From Trichoplax sp. H2 (taxonomy: Eukaryota), in assembly GCA_003344405.1 (NCBI GenBank), contig NOWV01000013.1:124001-188000 (forward strand): a stretch of DNA of 64,000 nucleotides. The letters run 5' to 3'. Shown one piece after another: positions 1 to 13,500 of the stretch. Each line of letters begins with the position of its first letter. The stretch's first letter is position 1. The notes below the pieces were generated by a model. That model searched no databases, had not been told where the DNA came from, and worked only from the letters and a program-made list of their open reading frames with translations. Both the position numbers and the translations under genes were made by a program.

Positions 1-554
1 GGTAATCCGAACCGAACCGGGCCATCTCAGTACAGTCATGATACTATAATGTAATGTATAAGTATACGATATGTTACGGGTAAATACAGTACGCCTAGAT
101 GTACATATGTTAACCTATATATACAATATATATACAAGTATATACTGTACGAGTATACACATTACTTTATATGGCATATAGGGGGATTTAGGCTATCGCT
201 TGTACGAATTAATCCTATTCCTGCAACATTCGAACCAGCAGCATATCCGTGTATTACTAATGAATTAATTCATTAATTAACTCTGTCCAGGTGAAAATAG
301 TATTTAATCGCTTAGTCAGTCACAATCGAATAGGATCGTAGATTAGTGTGAATAAAGGAAATCTCTCTATAAGTATATTAGTCCTACTCTGTAACCCACA
401 ACTGAAATAAGCAGCAAGTACAAACTAGTTCTGCTCTGGAGGACTGAATTGATTGATTGATTTTATACTTACTGCACAGCGCGCTAAGATATTTAGCTTA
501 TAAATAGCTTATGTAATTATGTTTGGACCATTGATTTAAGTTTGAAAAGTAACG

Positions 555-575
555 CAGTACTGTACTGTACAGTAC
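555..575. repeat. Short palindromic TACAG/CTGTA cluster upstream of TPGS2
   Basis: cagtactgtactgtacagtac, about 150 nt before the TPGS2 ATG. Confidence 0.7.
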
Positions 576-727
576 AAACTTTACTACAGAAGACGAAATA
601 GAATTTAGCCAGTTATTAGTTATTAATCTAGAAAGTGTTGAACCATAAGAAATACCCAATCGAATCAACCTGCCAATATAGCATCGATATCAAAATACCG
701 CCTTAACAATCAAATAATCCTGGTGCA

Positions 728-3154
728 ATGGAACATATCAGTAATAGCGATCAAACAGACGTGGGCGAATCATCAGAAAGTCATCATCAGATTTTAATTT
801 CTAACATTATCAGCAAGATAGGTAAGAGACAACTATTGTACAGTTAACAATTCATATCTTCTAGAATTTCAATTCGTTACACATATATGTAGATTTTAAT
901 GAATATTAGCATTGGCAATCATATGTGCGTATGCGTATAATTATCTTCACTATTTCCTTACATTACAGTATGCTGGGAAATGATGCTAAATAAATGTCTA
1001 TGTAATGCTAAAAAATCTCTTATTCACTGTACTTTACATTTACTTCATGAGTGTTTATGATTGATAATATTTGTATTATCGTATAAGAATTGTTATTATT
1101 GCTAATATTTTCAATTTGATTGTGAATTCTACACAAATTAGACATTTACATAACTCCAATCTATCTGCATAACGTACTTTTAAGGCTGAACAATAATATC
1201 ATAATATACAGTATAGTATTGAAATTCAAACACGCCATCCATGTAAAGTGTGCAAGATAATGGTTTGAAAATCGTAACACAGTAGTTTAGTAGCACCAAA
1301 GAAAATTGAAGTAAACTCCATAAACTACAAACATTCAACTCTATGCAAAATTACATAGCAGCGGAACTATCCAATGATATTTACTATTGATATGGAATAA
1401 ATACAAATAACGATCATTAGAATGTACGTAGATGAAATTGAATGTTTCGTTGTTCTAAAATCTTAAATTGTCTCCTGAAAATAAGAAAGTCTACCCAAAG
1501 TCGTCAATGTCGATCATGTAGATTATCCACCAGTCGATCAAAATGATATTCAAGCCTGGGAACGGGTGAACATAAGTATATGCAAATAATTTTGTAAATC
1601 TATTAAATTTACTGTAATAAATTTATTAGGCATAATAACTGTATTAATTTAAGAAAAGCTAGCTGAGTAAAGTGTTAATATTGCTAATTTAACATGAAAT
1701 AATATTCAATTTCTACAAATTAATATCAAGTCTAGAGCAATAATGATCTACTTATCAAAATTAGATGAAAATAATATTTTACAATATTTTAACCTTACAA
1801 TCATACACTAGTATTTAGTTGTACCGAAGAAAACTGATCAAAACATATTAGTAGTTTATTAATTAATGAACAATTTACAAGATTTCATGTTAAACTTATT
1901 AATATATAACTTTATATCACAGAAACATACTTGTAGCATGCCGGACGATCTGAAAGCATTTTATATGCTTTCTAATGGTTTTCTACTGACGTGGTCAGTC
2001 CTCTTTGATGGTAAATTTAGTAATTTTATTACAATCGTACAAATAATTATGCGCTTATATATTTTGCTTAACCATACTCCATTCTAAGTCTCAGTACTAC
2101 TAACAGCTTAACCGTAAATGAAATTTGATTAGATTTCATTACGTCCCTGCATAAAAACTATTATTACTTATCAAAGGTCAAAAACAGTCTCTTGGAAGAA
2201 TGGTGGTCAATTCCTTAAAGAGCTTGAAACGAATAAATGATAATAAGAACATTAATGGATCAATTGCACTTGACGATATCGTTTGTTCTGACAATGATGA
2301 ATGTGGTAATAGGAAACCACAATTCGATCCATCTCAGAGTTGGATATTTGAACTAGACGATTGTGATGGTTACGGAAAAGTATGTTTGGTCTACAAGTTA
2401 CAATCAGGTATTATAAATACATCTTCTGTTTAAGCCGTTATTGTACGCGTTTTGGATAAGTTAGCATCTGTATCTGATACGTTTATTTAATTATATTTTA
2501 TATTTGGCTACCTTAGATTCTATCAATCAAATATCGCCAGAAGTATGGTTCCTTGATAGAGCTCTAGGCTGGCACTATTTAACTGATTCGTTTACAAAAT
2601 ATTTTCGTCTGATGATTATGCATCTTGGCCTACCGCAATGGCAGTACGCATTAACAAATATTGGTCTAAGCCCTATTGCAAAGGTAATATCTGTAGCTAC
2701 AACTTTCTAGACGTATTTTATTGATTTCAATTTAGCTATCATCATTCATTTTTAAAATGATTTCTCCATTGATGTAGAAATATTGCCGTACTAGGTAACT
2801 AATCTTAGCAATCTGATCGTCTTTTATAGCAATGGTTCCACATGTATGCTCCTGTTAGGTTAGCATTGGATACTGAGAAAATTGATGTAAATCCATCAAT
2901 TATGCAAAAAGACGAAACAACGCTTAATAAACTCGATTCCAAAAAGTTATTTGGAACCAAAGAAGATAAGCCTGAAAAAAATGTTACGAATGATCGCCGA
3001 AAACCATCTTCTGCAAAGTAAGACTAATCTGAGATAGCTATTCAATTCGAACATACCCTTATTTATAGTTATTATTCTGATAATCTTAATATGTTTTAGG
3101 AAGCCTGATAGCAATTCAAACTTAAACAAGTCTGCGCAATCAAAAATAAAATAA
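728..3154 (+). CDS. TPGS2: Tubulin polyglutamylase complex subunit 2, 7 exons
   Basis: Exons at about 728-821, 1486-1565, 1923-2010, 2177-2407, 2517-2683, 2830-3016 and 3100-3154 join in frame across GT-AG introns. The product contains MPDDLKAFYMLSNGFLLTWSV, IFELDDCDGYGKVCLVYK and EVWFLDRALGWHYLTDSFTKYFRLMIMHLGLPQWQYALT, which I recognise as the conserved TPGS2 blocks. Confidence 0.93.
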
Positions 3155-4256
3155 TAGGTAGGGTACTGCTGAAACATGTGCAACAGACCTTTTCATTTGT
3201 GAAATTCGAAGGAGTCTGAGATAATCATCTAATTCGATAAGGTGCTCTCTACAGATTCGATCTATTTAGGAAAACCAACTTTCTTAGCTATTGTATGTCT
3301 GCTAGTTTAATGAAATATAATAGAAAGTCTTCAAAACTTTGTTCATATACTTGCGCGTTAATCGAGAATTGTATGTATTTAATTTTCTATACACGAAAAC
3401 ATTTCAAAGTTCATGAGGATTCGTTTAATTGATTTACTATTCCTATAGTTACAATAGATGCGGTAATTTATAAGCCTTTCTTGTATTTATTTGGAATAAA
3501 AATAAAATTTATCTCTTTATTTGTTCTTAACTTTGTATGAAATTATCGAGTAAAGATATAATCGAAAAACTAAAGGACAACTCTTCTAAATTCTTAAAAA
3601 GCGATTAGAATAGCCATTTTTATAGATCAACCCTTTATAGCTTTAATGGTGAACCAAATTATAGGTTAAAATCATAATAAAAAGTATAGTTGAATTGGAT
3701 AGCCTTTAAATTATATGTCTAAGTTAGATTTCCGTAAGCATATGATTCAGAAAAAATACAGTGAAATCAAATAATACCATAATCAGCTAAGAATATCGAA
3801 ATAAATATCGTGTATCAAAATGAAGAAGAATCTGATCAAATGTAATTTATGCATATATCACTCCAATATTACCATCATGCGAATACGAGTAGATCTTGTA
3901 AGTTAATCGATTTTAACCTAAAATATACCGTACTGTATAAAAAATTATTTCAGGTAGATGTTGACGTACAGTACCTCAATGTATAACATTGAAAGTTAAA
4001 ATGTTTAGTTAATGGGATGATAATATCACAAATTTAATATTCTTCATAAGAAATAAATCTAGAATTAGTTAGGATTAATAGGAAGACAAGTACTCTTTAA
4101 AGTTTTCCTCAGTTATACTATTTTAAATTTATGTGATACGGAGTATACTTGACATCGGTAAATTTCAAATTCAGGATAAATAATATCATAAATTATCAAA
4201 ATTAGAAAATTACAATTTATTTCTAATTAAACTCTACGATCCGATCGTAAGATTGT

Positions 4257-7200
4257 TTACTGTGCACATGTCGAAAATAATATCGCAATATTAAAAGAAT
4301 TCCAAATAGAATGATGATACCTCCAACTGCGGCGATTATTGCGATATTTACGGGCGCTAACAAATTTAGATTATGATATTTAAATTGATTAGTAAAGTGA
4401 AGTATAATAAATTTCTAGATATCAGTATCAACAACGTACATAAAGTATGCGATGTCTTTATTGTACAAATTTCTTTACGATTCAGAGGTGGGAAAGTCAC
4501 ATTTGATGTAAGCCTGCAATTTTGAAAAAAATAACTAAGATGAAACAAGTGCCTTCACGAAGTTTCACGGGTATTATTATGATATTACACGTAGTACACA
4601 TACTTTTCAAAATCATTTAAAGGGCACAATCGCTTGCAGCCGGGCAGTTGTAAAGTAACTGTTACGGAAGAATTTCGATATAAAACTTGAACTAAATATG
4701 TCCTATAAAATAGTTTTTCAACCATATAACTTAAAAGATAAACAATATATACCTTTTCATTACCAATTTTATTAAGGGTAAATACGTATATGATAGTTAA
4801 AAGAAGAATATTCATCCTATGTAAGAGATACTCTACACGATATAAATTGTGTTGTATAATTCCAACGGTATCGCTTAATGTAATATACTATTATCTAAAA
4901 TTATGTACCCATTTTTATCTTTATACAGCTCAAGCATTACAGCTGCAGTATATGGAGGATTTTTCGTCAGATGGAAGCCTAAGGCTAATAATATGGCCAT
5001 AACGTTGGAATCATGCTATCAGTAAAATAATATTAATATTAGGTTAAGATAGATGAGATATATTTCAAATATTACAAGACCGTCGTGCACAATAAAATAT
5101 TTCAATATCCATAATTAACAAGAGCTTTTTAAAATTATACGTATGCGATATAAAAAAGTACACTATCTCACTGAAAAATAAAAACTTTACCGCTGAATAC
5201 ATCATGAGCTTAGTAGGATTCATTTTCGTTCCAGACTTTACTGATTTCATATCATGAATCATACGATACAATAATTCTCCTACATTAGAGATAGTTAATG
5301 GAATCAAGACAATGAATTGATGTACTAAGCAGTATATCGCAAAGTAGTAAAGTTAAATTATTTATTCATTGATTTATACACAGAAATGCTAAGCATGTGG
5401 GTATGGCACACCGACGCATTGACGCTCTCTTCTTGAGTCATATATTAGCTGTACATTATCTACAGAGGTATTGTAGACAATTTATCGGTACGTTGCTACC
5501 TGCAGTAACTTTTTGTTGGATTGGGCTACTATATTTCAGGAGCTTTACAAACAATGCAATTTTCCTTAGACGTACTAAAACGGTAGAATTGGCCCAGTGT
5601 GGCAACGTTAAATTGTGTTTTTGCTATAATTTATATCAATGAGTAAATCAAATCAATTACCGTCAATATACAATAAACATATATTTATATAACATGACAA
5701 GCCATAACGCTGATGAATCTGAAATTGTTTTATCATGACAGGCATTACCATGCAAAACAAAGCACCATTAATCTCATGTGCAGCGTAGTAAATGTTCTTA
5801 TGGGAGCCGTTATAGCCGGCAAGTTCGTAAATTTTTTTTACAAAGCCCTTTATTTGGAGATGAAGTATTACCAAAAAGGCATGGTTAAAAATCAGAAAAG
5901 AGTAATAACCAAAATTCCCTACAAACCCCATCTTTCTTAATGAAATCTTTAAATTTGTTTGATTTTAGGTTGTTTTGCACGCTTTGATCATATCTTGGGC
6001 ATGCAAGAGATTGACTTTTCAATAACTATATGTAACATTCCAAGAATAAAAATCATTAACACTTTAAAAGCATAGTACAATTGTAAGGACAACAAAGGTT
6101 CATTGCTACAGAAAAAAGGTATATACGCATATTATTTGTAGCCGTATGTATACTCAATCCATGTAATTCTAAAAGTACTTAGAAATTTTAAGCCAATGAT
6201 ATTCTTTTCACTACAGTAAGTTGATTTTTCCTTTATAGTTATTTTATGCTATCTACTTTAATGATAAGTTATTGATAATAAGAGTCGATATCTGTATATA
6301 AAGTCATCCTGGCCTTTAATGACTTTATTGCATTGCCGCTTACTAATATTCTACTGCTGTATAATGGTACGCAATTAATTTAGTAAACAAGATTTATTAC
6401 CGTATCATTAGCCCTGGGTACTGTGTGAATTGGTATTGGCTGCCATAATAAATTTTTGTTCCATATCTATACGATGACATCATAAAATACATTATCATCG
6501 CCTTAAATTATGATGTGGGTACGCAAGCTAATTAAGTTATTGCTTCAATGAGCAGTTACTTATTTATAGAGCTGTGTTCATTAAAAATTAATACACGTAT
6601 ATTTGACATGGTGGTAGTTGATAAACGGTTGTTAAATAGTAAGTAATATTATATTTTGAATGAATAAAAGACGTTGCTTAAAAATGAATCTACTGTATTT
6701 ACAATATCATATGTTAGCAATGTAAATAGTATCAAATGTGCACACAAATACGTACAAATCCATCAGTGAATTATTAAATTTTCGGAATAAGGAATCATTA
6801 CACATCATATCATTAATTTGGTATACTTTAGATACTGTATATATTGCAGCAACAGTTTAAGTGCTATATGCTTTAAAGATTGGAACACTGTATAGGAGTA
6901 AAATAGCTGTAGGCATATCCTACCTGTCTTCCAGCAGGCCGATATAGGGCGCTCAATTGTGCTTCTGCACTCATTAACGTACGATCATAGTCAGTGCTTC
7001 GAATTTTAACCTTGATATCACAAAATCAATAACAACAGTTATTTCATATCTACATACTATGTGTGTAATACAGTACTGTATATTCATTTATTTATTTATC
7101 ATTGTAAAGTGGTTCAATGCCTTCCTAGTTCTAATGAAGTTATTTAGTATAGTACGATAATATTACCGTATTATCTTCCGTATCCTCCTCATATACTGAT

Positions 7201-8295
7201 AGAGTGATAGATAATTCTACTTTGCTATAACATTACGACGATCTTGGATTAAAAGAGGAACAATATTTTGTCATACCTCTCGTCTGACATAAGTTGCGTT
7301 GATCAAGTGCAATTGGTGTACGTAACGATTCTTAAAGAATTCGCCTAATTTTGCTTCCTGACGCATCCCTTCCTACGCATTTTAGGATTCATTTTTTTTG
7401 TTAGCATTTTATAAATGTAATTATAAATTAATAGCCTCTACGAGTACATTATCACGTTGAATTGTAACAAGAGGAAAAGGTAATGGATAAATGTATACCG
7501 TAGTTAACATAATACAAGGCGTTGTATCACATGCGTGCTTAATATTTATAGCATTTACTTATTCGCACAATGTTGCCGATCCAGAACCTACCTGAGTTAG
7601 CTGACCTAATCCTTGTGGCCAAGGCTTCAAGGGATGTGGAAGATTAAGCAAGACATGGGTTGGTGATCGATCGCCATGACGGTAAAGCTAACGTAAAAGT
7701 GACGAAATTTAGGGATAGTGGTTTTACTTATTGCAATTATAATTCACTTTCACAGCTAGAACAATGCAAAAGGAAGATTGATTTTATTTTATGGATTCCA
7801 AGATGATAATACTATCATTTCTTCGTAAAAGTCAAAGATCTTTTTTTTATGTAATGTATCAATCGATGGAACGTAGATGTAAAACTTACTAAATTAAAGG
7901 AACTCAAAAAAGAGGTCAATGCAGAACTATTGTTATGTAGGGGAAAAGGCATGAAATATTATTTAGTGTGGAAGTAAACAGTATTACTATAATTCTACTA
8001 GTTTACGACATATCATGAGAATAGTAAATTACTGCATGACCAGATAATTCAGAATCCTACGAAAGATGTAGTGATTGATTACTATTGATTTAGCAAGTAA
8101 TCCTATTCGTTGCTTAATCTATAATATATTTATATGTTGTAAGTATTTTCTTGACTGCAATAGACTTACAACACTGGCGTAAACCAACTGTAAGCTTGAA
8201 TTAACTAGTGCAGCGGTATAATTTACTTTTACAAGTGAAAGGAGAAGACTGCATCGTATGGCGGCTATAAGCAGTGGCTGAAATTTTAGCGACAT
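4257..8295 (-). CDS. Histidine acid phosphatase, lysosomal/prostatic (ACP2/ACP3/ACP4) family, with C-terminal transmembrane helix; multi-exon
   Basis: Minus-strand exons encode LYRHGDRSP (~7660-7688, catalytic RHGxRxP), GMRQEAKLGEFFKNRY, RSTDYDRTLMSAEAQLSALY, WQPIPIHTVP, KLMMYSA|HDSNV (catalytic HD, ~5010), LPGCKRLCPLNDF and the hydrophobic IAIIAAVGGIIILFGILLIL (~4290-4345). The start (MSLKFQPLLIAAIR..., signal-peptide-like, 8295) and the stop (TAA 4257) are best guesses. Confidence 0.88.
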
Positions 8296-8833
8296 TGCAT
8301 CAACGGTATCGCCAATTTTTCTATCTGAACTTTCAATTGGATGTAGATACTCCACTATCTGAGATCACTCAATGAAAAATTTCCCCCTCAAGTGGCTCAT
8401 TTTTTATAGCAAAATAACCTTCAAGTCTGCCCACAATTGTGTTTACTCATGTGACTTTTCAGAGAAATACAAGTCATCTGACCATGCATCGACTGTAACC
8501 CGATTGATTGAAGCCAACGGACAGATGGACGCGACGATAAAATTCATCCAAATTTGCAGTTAGGCCTGACAAGAAAGTAAGCAAAGTGAGCGTTATTCTA
8601 CAGTATGACAGTCATCAGTTGATAAGCATCGAGGTTAAGAGACCACCTCTATGGTCATGAACAGTTGGATAGTTTTTCTTTGAGTGGTCAGTGTATTTAT
8701 TTTGTTGCTACTATATTGACGGTAGTTTAGTTTGGCTTAATTAACCTAATTCATTCATATTTCAATGGAAAGTTGATGTTTGTAAAGCTAAATCACTGCA
8801 ATGGACAATCCTCCAGATACAACCCATACTGAA

Positions 8834-10228
8834 CACTGTAGACTGTAGACTGTAGAGTGGAGGTAAATGAGAATACAGTACAGTAGAGTAAATGTGAAAG
8901 AAGAACAGCTTGTATGGGTCGTTGAACCGTTAAAAACGCATCTACCACATTCTTACTATACTGTACTGTACCTGTACCGTGCAGTACGGTACACTGAGTG
9001 TTGTCTACGGTGTACAGTGTACAGTATTTTACAGAACGTAGTGCAAGTGTACAGTACAGTACTGTTAAATGCGTTAGCGTTATCTGTAGCGCAACGCCAC
9101 GTCATACTGTACTGTAGATTGATCTGTACTGTTATTAGTGATATTATTGGTCTTCTTTTCTTGAAGGAATCATGCCCCAAGGACAGTACATTACTGTTCA
9201 GTGTATTTAAAATATACAGGAGCACAAAGCATACATCACAATGTATATACACTACTTAGAAAAGCAGGTAGTATCCACATACTTGTGTCTCAAGTCTGCA
9301 GTGTCAGCGTCAGGGCGAGGACGTACTGTACTGTAGACGTGGGCATCATCGCGCATATGATCACGCATTACTAGCTCACGAGGAGTCACGTCATGGAAAA
9401 ACTGTACTGTACTGTACAGTACAGTACAGTACAGTACGTCATCAGCTACAGTACTGTACAGTACTATACACTGTACACTGTAGAGTAGTACAGTACTGTA
9501 CAGTATAGTGGTCTGCTGTCGTACAGTACAGTACTGTACAAATCAGCGAGCGGTTCACCTCAACTCTCAACTGGACTGAACTAAACTGTATCGTGGAGAC
9601 AGCTGACTCGACGACGTCGAGTGTGTGTACTGTGAGCACGCGAAAATTCACTCAAGTGCAGCCAACTCTCCAGTATGGTGTCCAGTACCCAGTCCATACA
9701 GTACTGTACAGTACACTGTACTGTACAGTACGTCATCAGCTAGAGTACAGTACTATACACTGTACACTGTAGAGTAGTGCAGTGGTCTGCTGTCGTACAG
9801 TACTGTACTGTACAAGTGTACTAGTGTACAGTATAGTACAAATCAGCGAGCGGTTCACCTCAACTCTCAACTGGACTGAACTAAACCGTATCGTGCCCAG
9901 TCCATACAGTACTGGAACCGCATCAGCTTTCTTAGACAAAAACTGTACAGTACTGTACAGTGTACAGTACGTCATCAGCTACAGTACAGTACTGTACTAT
10001 ACACTGTACACTGTAGAGTAGTGCAGTGGTGAAGCACGCGAAAATGCACTCTAGTGCAGCCAACTCCAGTATGGTGTCCAGTACCCAGTCCATACAGTAT
10101 AATGGAAAAACTGTACAGTACTATACACTGTACACTGTAGAGTAGTGCAGTGGTGAAGCAAGCGAAAATGCACTCTAGTGCAACCAACTCCAGTATGGTG
10201 TCCAATACCCAGTCCATACAGTACTGGA
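8834..10228. repeat. Palindromic (TACAG/CTGTA)n array with duplicated cassettes in the acid phosphatase/TEAD divergent intergenic region
   Basis: Dense runs such as actgtactgtactgtacagtacagtacagtacagtac (9401-9437), interleaved with recurring 45-70 nt cassettes. Confidence 0.92.
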
Positions 10229-10548
10229 ACCGCAGCAGCTTTCTTGCTATAAAAAGCTTCTATCACGTTGTCGCGTCTGGGATTCACCAGGCGTTGTCTT
10301 GTGTGTAATATGCTTGGCCTACTGTAGTCCATTTGTAGTCAGTGGCTCACATTTTTGTCATTTTTTCTAAAAAATTCTGCTTCCGGCGGTCGTCAAAGGG
10401 TTTGCTTTAGCTGAGTTGTTGTGGCGTACAAGTTAGTCACGATTGGAAAAATTGATTATCCTATTGCAACAAGTTGACGATAGTATCGTTTTCAATCTTG
10501 ACGTCGTTCCATTGGTAGAACAGCTCGCGCTGTTTCTGTTCATTTAGC

Positions 10549-13500
10549 ATGAAGAACGAGGATGACAACTCCTCGTCACTTGATAGTTCAGACGAAGATG
10601 TTCCAAGAGGAGACGATGCTGAACGCGTTTGGTCTAGTGATATCGAGCAATCTTTTCAAGAAGCGCTAGCTATTTATCCACCGTGTGGCCGCCGCAAAAT
10701 TATCCTTTCTGACGAGGGTAAAATGTACGGTAAGTCTTGGAAGAAGTAGTCAAATAGGTGTAGGAGAGGATCATTCCTCTCACCTTAAGTCATCTTCAAA
10801 TTTGACAATGGCGGATAGACGATTGCCATACTAAAACCTTATTCAACATGATCTACAACCACTCATTGAAGTACAGTAGTAGTAACATACGTACGGAATA
10901 TACAATCAGTGGTGATGTTGTGATTTTGCTGTCTTCGCACGTATGGTGACAAGTGTAGTCTATTCCACTACTAATGGAGAGTTGTCCTATACAGTCCACT
11001 ACTGCCTTCATCTTCTCTCCCAAATCCATACGGCCATGCCTTGCCATGGCATTTCAACTAAAATTCAATTGAATTCTTCTTTTTCAACTCCAGGAGAACA
11101 CTTTGACTCATTACAAGTCTAACATTGACTTTATCTTCAAAGAATCCCTGTGCAAGTCTCATTCTTTCTTGCCGCAATAGATAAACTTGACAACAATTTC
11201 TTTCTTTTTACTTTTGCTGGAATGGGTTACAAACTGCGCTTGACTACCCCCATACTGTATCAATTCAATGCTATCCACTGGGGTTTTGCCTACTTCACAC
11301 CAGATACAAGATCGGATTAATTGCTAGTGGATTATTGTCATGACTCACTTGTAAACGCTCTCCTTACTCTAGCCTATTTAAAACCCCCCAAAACACATCG
11401 TCGATGCTAGGATGGCATGCACGGTTGCAATAAGTTTGTCGTCTCAAAGACTTCTTTTATAATTTCCGATCTTGCATGCAAATGATTGAAAGTGGCAGCA
11501 GCACATGACGCGTATAAACTACAATGCAATAGACTAGCGATGCTGTACTTCACAACATCAATTCGAGAACAAAATCCACATTAAAAGTAGTCTTGATGCT
11601 TTCATATTTTGCAGTTGGAAAGTAGCAGCAAAGGGAAGGTGTAAAATTTGCATTCTCAGTTTTCCCTGGCGCCATTGAAGTGTAAAAAAAAAAACTGCCA
11701 CATCGTCGTCTCCGATCCGCGTCAACCCGACCTTGTGTTGCATTTCGCCAGCATTGTCTCATTTTTTTCCAACCTCGAGACTGATCGATCAAATTAAAAT
11801 CAAAAATTAGACAGTAGCACTACTCATCTTGTTGGTTTAAAAAGTAAGAGCAAGTAATAGCGATCAATTGGCTAGGAGACGAATGAAAATAGCCATTTTA
11901 GTTCATTTGACGCTATTTCAACAAGCAACAACAGTATGAGTGACGATTTTATCACGAGTGCCCTGTTGGTGTTTATTCTTTACTTTGTAAATCACTGCCA
12001 TGAATTCGGGAGAGAGAAAGAATATTGACCAACCCCAAATTAAATACAAGGAAAATGGTAACGTGTTATTATTTAACGATAGCCATTAATTTCAAGACAG
12101 TTTTTTCAAAAACTGTCACCTTAGAACCCAATATAGTAACACCATAAAAGCATTTACCTGCAAACTATAGTATCCCGACTGACACATCGTTGCTTTCATT
12201 TATGAAAAGAGCCTCTATGTATCACAGGCTATCAATTGAAAAAGAGTTGTAAATAGTTTTATTATGGTAGGGGGTTATACCATGGTATAAGACAGTACAA
12301 GACTTATTCATAGTGTTATTCTATCTAATTGAATTTCAAATGCAGCTACGACTCCTTTTTTATACCCAGTACCAAAAAAAAACAACAAATTATTGAATCA
12401 AGCTATGATAAATAACTTGTGCAACGAGCGCTTCTCGACTATCCACGTTGACTTAGTAGACTTGAGTGATTCAATGAAAACCAAGCCGTATTGTTGTGTC
12501 TCCTGCCAACTTTTTAATTAGACATGGATACACTATCGAATAAAAAGGATATGGAAAAAGGCCTAAGATACATTCCAAAATGCACTACTTGTTTAACAGT
12601 ATTGCCGTTAATTAAGGCAATACATGTCGCTATTGCAATATGAAAAGCAAATCATTATAGTAAGCCAAACTTTTCAATGCATTTGTGGTTAATTAGAATT
12701 ATTCTAATTCACATATAACATCAAATTTATTAATCAAGGACTTTACATGATTATCCATTTAGTTGGTATTTGCAGCAGTATTAATTATTTATGATAACAT
12801 TGGCTGAAATTTGAAGAGTGCTATGTATTTTATAATTATTAATAAATGTACTGTACATTTGAAGGCATTGTAGATAATTAATTGAACGTATGTTTAGCTT
12901 GCAGCACAATTTTTCCAACATGTAATTCCCCAAATTTCTGTCTAATGTTTTGTTCACATACGCCCAATTGGTGGCATAGTGTATTTCCCTACATTTGACG
13001 TTGAAAATCCTTTCTAATATTACTTGAATTCCTACGGTGGATAGCCTAAGGATACTTCCTGCGTCATACTTTAAGCCGCAATATTGGTGATAAAATAATT
13101 TGGACTCTGTTGACGCTTCTCTACAGCCATACTGTAGATGAAAAGAAATATGGCAGTTATTAGTGTACGTCTAATGACTGCAAAATCACTTTTGCTATGC
13201 AATTTTCTGCTATTGTAATGCCTTATAGTTAACATCTCCAGGTTGATTTATTTAGGCGTTTGGTAACATTTTATGATTAATGAATAAGTTGTTGATGAGA
13301 CCTCATTTTTAGAGCCAGAATATTATAGAATGTGGGATAACTTCTTTACTATAGCGCCGTGGTAATAATTTTAACTGCCCTACTATTGCAGTACTGTATA
13401 TTGATAGAATACATCTAACTGTTTGTCTAATGTTATTAGTACAATATCATTTCAAGAGAAACTTCTGATTTTATTCACAATCCTAATATCCATTGCACAG

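Noticed and set aside
9395-10228. CRISPR-like repeat/spacer appearance
   Set aside because: The context is eukaryotic, repeat length and orientation vary, the 'spacers' are themselves repeated, and there are no cas genes.
8867-10332. Overlapping ORFs rich in Y, S, T, V, C, L and Q on both strands (also 28824-30656 and 39780-40246)
   Set aside because: These are translations of the TACAG/CTGTA repeat, which is poor in stop codons. They show no protein features.
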